The notes beneath the pieces were generated by a model that saw nothing but the letters and a program-made list of their open reading frames with translations, searched no databases and was not told the origin of the DNA. This document shows positions 54,188-64,000 of a stretch of DNA of 64,000 nucleotides, piece by piece. The stretch covers positions 430,186 to 494,185 of the forward strand of contig NMRA01000088.1 of assembly GCA_002633005.1 (NCBI GenBank). Direction: 5' to 3'. Both the position numbers and the translations under genes were made by a program. Positions within the stretch are counted from its first letter, which is position 1. Every line of letters starts with the position of its first letter. Source of the stretch: Phoronis australis (Eukaryota > Animalia > Phoronida).

Positions 54188-57100
54188 CGAAGGTTTATTT
54201 CTTCGACGAAACGTTGGTTTGTAGCCGCCTGAATAGTCAGTTTATGCGTTTTGACAGTTGTTTCCATTTTCTGTTAATTTCGCTTCTTTTATTGGTCAAA
54301 CAATTGACCTATATACGATTGCATCTTCATTTGTAACAACAATGTTGGGAAATTGTTACGCAATTAGTTCAACCGTAGATTGGGAGTTGTCTGACACCAA
54401 ACGACGTACGAAACGGAGAGGCCAATGTCACTACTGCCTTTTCTGACTTGTTGTCGTTATTGGACACATTTTCAATTGAAACACTTTGATTAGACATTGT
54501 TGTATTTATGCACGTACGATAAATATTCGAATGTTGTTAAACACTCTTGTCTAATAACACAATAGAAAAGCGACAATTTTACTCTCAATATTATGTGTCA
54601 CACTTGGACCCATTTAACTAGACCATAGAAAACTTGTAATCTGATTTCGTGAGTCCACGTGACCTTAACTTCTAAATAAAGAGCAAAATCAATGTCATCG
54701 AAAAGGCTTGGTTTTTGATGCGGAAAATCGGCGTAATCACAGAACCAGGAGACCAAATGAAACTAAGTGCTGTGTAAAAACAAAAGTTCTATTAATTAGA
54801 TTATTTATTTCGAAGAGTAGACCTACTTTAGGAAGCTTTGTCTTTAAGTTCCGCCATCTGGAGACACATTTTGAATAGTGTTTGTTGTAACACTCCAAGG
54901 CCATCGACCCACAGTAACAACAAAATTTTAAGTTATCAATTGACGCTAACAAGGAGTTATACACAAAGTTAACAAGGTTTAAGACTCGTGGTGCAAAGTA
55001 CTATTCACCAAAAGAGCAAAGTTGTACAAATTTAGCTCTTGCCAATAATGTGATGACGAAACTGTCGACATATGATGGTATCATGAAATAATATATATAT
55101 ACGGAATGTGTATGCTGATCAAATCAATAAATGGTACTGTGTACACCAGGAATGAAGGTTCAACCGAAAGCATGCATCACCACGCATTTCTTACACGAAA
55201 CGAGAAGTTTCACCGAGACTGGTGAGCAACTGCACTTCATTGTGGGATTTCAGCCAATTCGTGGCGTAATACGCGCGAAACGTTATTGGTGGACCCTCTT
55301 CCAAGCACTCAATACCAGCTTAACTCGTAACACACTAGACCATAAATGCAGAAAACGATTTATATTAGGTAATCATCCTCAAGGGGCTAGTCACAACGTA
55401 GGCGGTCCTCGTCACGAAACCGGAGTCAAGTTTTCACCAAGAACTTCGCGAAACATGCACCTAGGTTTGTCAGTCTAATAGGATAATTTTTATGTGACGT
55501 TATCTTCAGTGTCAAATTAAGCAATTCGAGGACTAGCGGAGTACCCAACATAATGAGCGGTTTCTCGGAAACATGCTCGGTGATTTCATTATAAAAAACA
55601 GGATAACGAGTGATAATATTATATGGATTAAGACAATGTTCCTTCTAGCTCAAACTTCTGAGATGAAGCGTAACCAACAGTGTGTTTTGTGTTAAAGAGT
55701 TCTTTTTTAAATCTATTTTATTTCTTGACCATCGGTCCTGTCACGTGACTTCAGAAAATTTATTGCTCTGTAAAGCGCTCACGTTGACCCGTAGTTGCAA
55801 ATTCGAGAGCGTTTGTCTTTGTTTGCCTGCGTGTTTGTACAAAATACAATTGTGACCATACAACAGAAAGTGTAAAATCATAAAATGTGGCGATCCGCTT
55901 CATGGCCGATGTAAAGTAAACAGTAAGAGCGATCGCAATGTTGTGTTCACAATGGTTCACATTGTTCAGAGTTGAATGAAAAAACTTAATGCTAACCTTA
56001 AACGTTATTGGCAGAACAATTTGAAAACGTTTCCTTCGTTAAACGTGAATGAGTTAAATAAAAGCGCCATAGGGTGTGACGTGCGAATAGAGGACCAGTT
56101 AGGGGTAGTAACGATGGTAATGAAAATAGCATATTTTTTAGAAATAATTGTGATAATTGTGGAGATAATAACCACCACAAATGTTGAAATTAGAATCGGT
56201 ATTATGATCAAATTGCATTAATATTAGTAGCAGTGTCGACGATCATAATAACAGGAGCAACTGCAGGGGTTGAAATAGTAATGACTTTTGCAATGAAAAA
56301 GCAAATGATAATACAAATAATGATGACACCTTGATGCGAAAAATTGTCAGTAAAAGAACCTAAGAAATCCATTTGAAAATTTCTGTCACCTGAATGAATT
56401 ACAAATGTCTATCGTCTAATGTTCCAACCGAAACATCAATTCGGTACACCAGACCACGGACCAAAGTAAAAAGTTACAAATAGTTTTTGTCGTGTTACAC
56501 AATGTTGATTTTTGTGGTTTTACTACACAAATCGACAATTTTCCCAGTTGTCTGCCAGACATTTGCTGAAATCAAGACCTGTGACTACCAGTTCAATACA
56601 TTTGGAATCGTCTGCCATTTATTGAGTGATGTTTTGCTCCACCAGCACAACGTTGGACTGATCTCAGAAAATCGCTATTCTCGCCCATAACGATCCTTCA
56701 ACAGGCCTATGAGTGTGTCGAGTGACATCATTCCAAACATACCTGCCAAAACTAATAATGCGAATTATGCGAATGATAATGATAGTCACAACATTAAAGG
56801 TATTATTTACTGGGAACTAAACCACTAAGTCGAAGCTTTCCTGCCGCATGGTTCATTTCTTCTAGGGTTTACAGAACATGAACGGCAATACATCTACGCA
56901 TTCTTTTGAAAATCAACGTGAGTTAAACCACCGGTTACAAAATCGGCCTCGTCTTGTTCCTTACTGATATTAGAAATGGTGTCTAGGGTTTAAGAAGAGC
57001 TGACTGGTCGTTGCTGCTCCCTCACACTCTTTTAACATGACGTAAAGCTTTTCAAAGCTGCATAATTAAGGATAGAAGTTGTTTTAAAAGTTAAATTTTT

Positions 57101-57981
57101 GCACATCTCCGAAATAGCCACCAAAATTGATTAGCACTAAACTTTACCTTGTGTTAAATTAAATATAAGTAAAAGTTTGCGGCGCGCTCCTCAAATTATT
57201 CCTGGTAAGAGGCAACAAACATTGTTTCATCGCATTAGTTGGTGTTGTGTGCCTGTGTACCCCATTCTATTAACTAAGCAGTGAGATGTGACGTGTATTT
57301 CACCAGAGTAAATGGTAAATTGCTCTAATCGACTATAAGATTTGCACCTCTAGATTGTCAATTAATATACTAGCGGTGCGCTCAGTCGTCACGATAAAGT
57401 CAATCAGAAAACATGTCAGTGCAAGTTGTAACGTGATTAAAGTGGCCTTGTTTCCAGTTTGAGGAAAACACAGTTAATTGTGGCATTTTTATAAAGGTTA
57501 AACGATACATTGTATAACAGGCAATGCCTGGCACTGTGTCCAAGCCGTTAAAATTGTAGGTGAAAAAGATAACATGAAACTTAGTCATTCATTTATCATC
57601 ATGATCACAATTCGAAATTTAAAACTAGAAAATCATAGTTTCATAAAAAATGTCATATAGTTTAATCGAAATTGTTTAGCTGACCAATGACCATATGACC
57701 ATGTGTTAATAGTGGTCGTAGATAAGAGGAGGTTTTAATTGCTTATCACCGTTCGCGTGAATTATTTCCAATTCTGAACTGTGTGCGACATTTTTCCTGT
57801 GCGGGGAATGAGTTTTACTCCCAGTCGTGATCGCACGTATCTTCAAGCGTTGTGCTCGTTCAAAGTCCCGTCCAACAGGCAACTTTTGTTGTGTAGAATA
57901 TAATAGCCTTTTATTTTTTCATAGTTTGAGCACAACGACTTCTAACGTTACTTCTCAAGTCTCCTGTCTTTTTATTTTCAG

Positions 57982-58030
57982 TCGTCGGAAAACAATGGTT
58001 ATTTCGAAAGTCATAGCGTCATTAAGAAAG
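57982..58030 (+). CDS. TFAP2: AP-2 exon 3, 49-nt mini-exon SSENNGYFESHSVIKK-G (phase 0 to 1)
   Basis: Acceptor tctttttattttcAG and perfect donor AAG|GTAAGT. It supplies exactly the phase shift needed between exon 2 (phase 0) and the 61383 exon (phase 1). Ends VIKK-G like the short vertebrate exon 3 (...TVIKKG). Confidence 0.92.
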
Positions 58031-60324
58031 GTAAGTCGCTTCATATTCTTTGCCCTTTGAGTGGAACGATAAAACTGCCGACTCGATTTGCGTTTGGTGT
58101 CTATAGCGGGATATCATTTAGTTCTTTTGTATTGGTATAATGTGATTTCACGGAACAAATTAGTGTTCGGCGTTAAGTGGGAAGGCGGAGATTCATCGAT
58201 CAATAATGAATGACACATTTAAAGACGGGTTGAAAAAATTGCAATTTGAACAGTACGTTTCAATGAAAAAGCTAATTTCGAAACTATGCATTCACATTTT
58301 GTACAAGTGCAATTGCGCTCTCTGAATATTGCCCTTTGCTGTGCTATGTTACAGTTTCTACAACAAATGGAAAAGAATTATTTTTCAAGCGTTCACATAT
58401 ACCTTTCAATGACATTTGTTAGCTGTCCAATAAGAAAAAACGTGGTGAAGTGGGCGTGGTTTAAGTCCATAATAGCAAATAATTAACATGAAGTGAAATC
58501 AACCACTCTTTCATTAGAAGGCTCCTATTTTTTCGAGAAGAATTAGTTAAAATTAGTATGATTGTAGATGAATTGTCTAATGGTGTTCGGTGACTGACTA
58601 CATTATCAATAATCTTAAAAGGTTGCCCAAAGGGTAACACCAGAGGGGGTTCGTTGTTTCATTCTTGTTTTCCCTAACGTTGTATTTCGTAGAATAGATA
58701 TGAGAAATGATTCGAAGAACAAAATCATAAAAGTTAGGTTTCTGTAAAAGTCAAACTTTCAGGAAATGTACAGTTTTTTTAATGCATTATGTGAAATTAC
58801 TGAATATGCTTCAACTGTATCATTCTTCCTTATCTTTAACTATACGAAACTAAGCTACAAATCTACGCTTACATGTTGTGCTCCTACCAAGTCTGTATTC
58901 AAATTCCTTTGCCTCATTGGAATTTATTCTCGGGGATTACGAAGATCATTTACAAGTCAGAAAACCTTCAGAAAATCAATGGCGTCACTAGTTAGCCTTA
59001 GCAAAATTCGAAAAAATATAAATCACGACTTCTGAAACTTAATGTAAAATAATTTTCCCGACGTTGTGAAGCCATCTGTGCCTGGTTGCTTGAAACAGTC
59101 CCAAATAGGGGCCCACCTAAGTTCCCTAAATCTACTGCGTTTTTGTGAGCTTGTACTGTTTTAGTTTCATTACTAAGTCAGTTTTTGACTTCGATATCAA
59201 GCAAGAGTGAAGTCTACGTTGAATGCTATTGATAATAAGTAGGGATCTTTTCATGTAACGCACCTAATTTAAGGACTAAGTCCTTGTTTATTTTCATTGA
59301 ATTAGAGGCTCATATTTTATATATTATTAGAAAATGTCATCAGTCGAAGAGAAACTCATAATTAAGACAGGAAAGATTACTTCTGTAAGTTAAGAACGAC
59401 ACAAATATGCAAAAGATTTAGGGAACGTAGTGGAGTTCCTGTTTGGGACCGTTTCATGCAACCGGGCACAGGCTCCTTCTACAGAGGATTGATGACAGAC
59501 TGGTTCTCGATGTTATCATGGAAAGTTACATTATAAGTCCTGTTCACGTAATCTAACGTTTAAGCGTGCTGTACCAAGATTGATGGACTAGCTTTATTCT
59601 GTAAGATGTGTGTGATATTTATGTTTGTCATATTTCACACAGACGTTTGACTTTCTGAAACTCCCAGAAGATTGTGCTGTCACCATACTGTGCTTCGCGT
59701 TGCTTGTGATTGTAGTCGTAAAACGAGCAGATAGGAAGACCAAAAACTCTTTAACCTAAGAAAATCACGAAATACGTGATACTATATGTTGAGAGTAATA
59801 CAAAACTTCTGGGATTCATCATAAATCGTCTTGAGAGTTTTACAACGTTGAAAACGCTTATAGTTATAAAACATTTCAAAATGTTAAAAGCACGATCCAA
59901 TTGTTCAGGAGTTTCAGTGTTGCGTAATATCAAGCAATGCATTTGAATAAGTCACATTACATTTCATTATACCAAAGTGTTACCGTGGAAGGAGAACCAT
60001 TCGTGACGCGTTAACAATAATATTTTCTTTGCTAAATGATAATATAAATAAAATTCGCTCTGTTTAGAAGTTTTGTTTGCAAAGTCACATTAGAAAAATG
60101 AACCTAACGTGTAAACATTTTAGAAGTGAACATTGGGGTTTGCACCAAAGCAATTCATGATATCGGACTTCTCTAAAATTTCGTTGCGTGTAAAGTTAAA
60201 AATTGTATCAAAGAGAATATGGAACATAATTTTTGTGTGAAAATCTTTTCTAGTGCTTAGAAAGATGCGTTTTGAACACATAGTGAATTTCATCAGATGA
60301 AAGATATCGCATTTTTGTCGTACA

Positions 60325-60555
60325 AGGACCTGTTCCAAGATAACTGTCTTAGCTAAGACAAATCTTAAATTTAAGTCAATTTTAAGATAAAAACTTCAAG
60401 TCCGTTCGAAGATAGAGATCTTAAGTTTGTTGACTTAAGTTTTGTCTTAAGTTTGACTAACTTACCGGATTTGGAAGTTTCAAAGTTTCTAAGTTGAGAC
60501 AAATCTTAGACTTAAGTAAAAATAAACTTAGTCAATTTCTCGGAACGGGCTCCTA
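60325..60555 (+). mobile_element. MITE-like element, family B, second copy
   Basis: Shares AAGACAAATCTTAAATTT, CTTACCGGAT.TGGAAGTT.CAAAGTTT and TTGAGACAAATCTTAGACT with 10105-10306. Rich in CTTAAG subrepeats. Confidence 0.78.
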
Positions 60556-61321
60556 GTCTCATGGGTCTGCTCGTTTTACTATTAAATTTTCTGAGATTAT
60601 CAAGTGACTTTTGGTGTCATTCAACTTTGGCGGAGAATTTGTCAAAAATCAAGCTTTGAACTTTCATTAAAGTTCGTTTTTTGTAACGTTTTTAAAGGGA
60701 CGTCATCGTTTTGACGGCCAAAATCTCGAAATTCGGGATTATTGTGGAGTGGAATAGGCTTTTTCATTTATTTAGCACACAATTTCGCGGACTGTTGGAA
60801 TTTTATTTTGTCGAATTCATCAAGAAAAAGACAAGGAAAGTTCTAGTCTGTTATTAGCTTGGCTTTTCGGATGTTTAGCATGACGTCATTTTGAAGTTTT
60901 GGACGGTATGTCTATTCTTATTTCCGGGTCCAAATTGCATCATCTACTGCCATGACAAGTCATCACTAAACATAAATGTCATAAAGCAACATTTGGAAGA
61001 ATTTCTGTTATTAACAACAAATGGATTATTTTTGCGCGAAAATTTTGAGTTACTGTAAAATCACGTTTGCCCATGAATTTGATCATTTTAAAAGGCTCGG
61101 TAAAAATGAAATTCCTTGATTCATCTTATAACGAAGTGTATGTTAGTGACGTGCGTGTAGTGTTCGATATATTTGATTGTCTTATAACTATATCAAGTGT
61201 AAACTTGTTTGTGATTGAACCTCTTGTGTGATGTGAGCTTGTGCTCGTCTTGTGAAAACGGAGTAGGACCTCGCTGTTCTGAATGTGAAAGTTAAAAAGT
61301 GAGTTTTATTGTCCAGTGTAG

Positions 61322-61540
<219 letters not shown>

Positions 61541-64000
61541 TGAGTAAAACACCTGTTACACGCAAGCAGGCGTGTTATTTTCAACTACTGCAAGACGCGC
61601 ACAGCAAGATAATTACAACATATGTAGATGAACGATAGCGCATCGTCCCCATGATGTCTACATATGTGACACCGAGAGTTATCAATTCACATAAGAGTTG
61701 AATGTCTGACGAGCATAAACTAAAAACCAATTTCATTTCGTAGGTTGTACCGTGATTCTTAATAAAACATTCGTTCACACAAAGTCGCTCGCCAGTCAAA
61801 ATGTAGAATTTAAGAGATGTGTAAAGTAGATAAGAAATTTATCTTATTGGCAAGTGATCTGAACTCCTGAATTGCCTAGGTCTTTCGATTTACTGCGCCA
61901 GTTAAAACCAACTGTGAATGTTTTAAATAGGTACTGCAAAGAAGTCTAAATGTGAGAGCAACCTTATGGCAATTTGCCAATATAGAATGCAACACACTAT
62001 GCACTTGGCATTGAGGTGTTACCGCCAAAATCCATAAAGAACAAAATAAATCGTTGCGCAATGACTGATCATTCGTGCGAGTCTGAACGTGGAAAACAGG
62101 ATGGCGTCCAAGTATTGATCACACAGCGAACCTTTTGTGGCTAGGTTCTCTCAGACAACAACGTTCCTCGAAGTGATTTAGGACGCGTATTCAACAGTTT
62201 GACAGCACGACCAACGATGATATACTTAACGATCTCTAACGAGAAATTAAATTGGAAATAACTGGGCTGAGAAATGCAGTAGGACGAGATAACATCAGAT
62301 TTTCCAATGCGAACCATATCATGTTGTACGACTATTGCATAACAAAGTCGAGTGCACTAAATTGTGGTTTAATCAAACTCGCCGGTAAAATAAACTCCTG
62401 CCAAAACACCGTCCTTTGTTGTGTAATAGCGACCCACACTTTTCGTAGTCAGCCGAGCGGTTGTATTCACCATCAGAAAGAGCATCATTCTTAACCAACT
62501 ACCGCATTGTTCCCGTTTTCTTGTTGTGATAACGCGCCAGAGGTCAGGCGGTACAAAGAGCAGAAGATAAGTCACGTGATTGTTGTCTTGTCTCCGGCCG
62601 CATCAGTATGCCGTCAGCAACCAGGCCGATGATGATTTTCACTGCGTGCGAGCAGGAACTGCAGTCACGATTTCACTTTACTTCTATTTTAGACGCATCC
62701 AACTGTGTTTGTACTGCTGTGTTGCTAATTAGTGACCGCAGTTGTCCACCCCAATGGCTGCTGATCATTCCCAAAGCCACCGACCAATGTGAATAAACAA
62801 ACACTAGAATGTGTATCGAAGCGTGACTGAGATCAAGAGCAAGCGAGCGCTATTAGCCAGACACGTACAAACTTGTCCCACGGCGAAATCAGAAGTCATT
62901 TTAATTTGCACCATGTAAATACGTATTCCTTTGCGGCTTCAAATTATCAATGACAAAAGACATTCCCTTATTTTTTCCTAGTTTGTTTAACTACCTCACT
63001 CGTCTATTTTTGCGATGCCCTGCAGCCCCAGGCTCAGAAAAATGAAGGCTCACCGCAAGCTTTGTTGTGCAGTCCTCATTCACTATCCCGGGATAGCAGC
63101 ACACAAATGTGCGTTGTTCGAGTATGACGAACACACGTCAATACCAAACGTTTCAACATCAATTAATAATCCGTTTATTTCTTGTAATTGGAAAGTCACC
63201 GCCCGAGGCCAAAACTCGAGAACAGCCAATGGGCGCTTACTGACTTTGAAGAAAACAGATACATGCAGATACGACCCCCTCGGGGCATGCTTAACCGACT
63301 TCACAAAAACGGATCGGTTACGAATGGGCCGGCGTACCCCTGTCGTGGATTCCTTAGGCGTTAAATTACATTATGAAGATCTTTTCAACTCACGGACCTT
63401 CTCGTTCACTTCTTAGACGTCGTATTCCGCGATTTATGACTCGCAAAACAGGCATTAAAACGCTTTTCTGAGCCCTTGGACGTGAACTGCTAGATTGAAA
63501 AAATTGTTAAATATGTTAATTCTGCTAGATCTTGTCTTTTGACTAACTTCACCAATTGCCATGTTTGACGACGCCATGTTGGCTAACGAACAGAAATCGA
63601 ACGATACGAAAATGTTCATCAAATGTCTACGGATGGTTTTGTTTGTCCGCCACATATGGCGCATAGTACAGTGAAACAGGCCGTCTTGGTAATTCAAGTA
63701 ATTCGAACATGTTGCTGCTAACTCATTCAGTCGTGTAAGGATGGCCAGAGGCCATAGTTTTTGTTAAGTAGGCCATAGCACAAGAAAAAAAAGCTGACAT
63801 ACGCTTAGAATTATGTCTCGTTAACTTGACCAACAGCTGAGAGTTGACATGATTTAGGTTACTGGGCTTGTTATTTTTCTAGCTAGCGAATTCTTTGCCC
63901 GGAACCACCCTAGGATAAAACGGAAAAGGATTTTCGAAGAAAATGTATCTAAATTTACAATCAAAGCACATAACCTTGTTTACTACACCACTACGTTTTC

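Noticed and set aside
58991-59035. VSLSK peptide resembling the vertebrate AP-2 linker GPVSLSK
   Set aside because: Poor acceptor and no donor before the stop codon, so probably chance.
63015-63416. 133-aa ORF downstream of exon 4
   Set aside because: No similarity to the expected next AP-2 exon (AKSKNGG...) or any family I recognise. Treated as intronic.

Overview
AT-rich animal (invertebrate-type) genomic DNA from a draft assembly, with one 258-N gap and two single-N joins. It is not prokaryotic, and nearly all ORFs in the six-frame track are spurious. The window holds the 5' half of one large + strand AP-2 (TFAP2) transcription factor gene. The best-supported exon chain is a 36-nt coding first exon (11667-11702, MSFLALDSTWPQ), a ~36.8-kb intron, the PY-motif exon (48506-48952), a 49-nt mini-exon not visible in the ORF track (57982-58030, ...SVIKK-G) and the first DNA-binding-domain exon (61383-61539). 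Splice phases join in frame (0/0/1/2), and the gene continues past the window end. Up to three further candidate alternative first exons lie in intron 1. The rest is (CAT/GAT)n microsatellites, two minisatellites, several palindromic MITE-like families, and two near-identical tandem duplications at single Ns that look like uncollapsed alleles, one exposing a 637-bp indel. I found no evidence of a wholly new biological system. The most interesting signal is the multi-promoter N-terminal architecture of AP-2, including a first exon resembling a vertebrate TFAP2A alternative N-terminus. All alignments were done by eye and no database searches were run.
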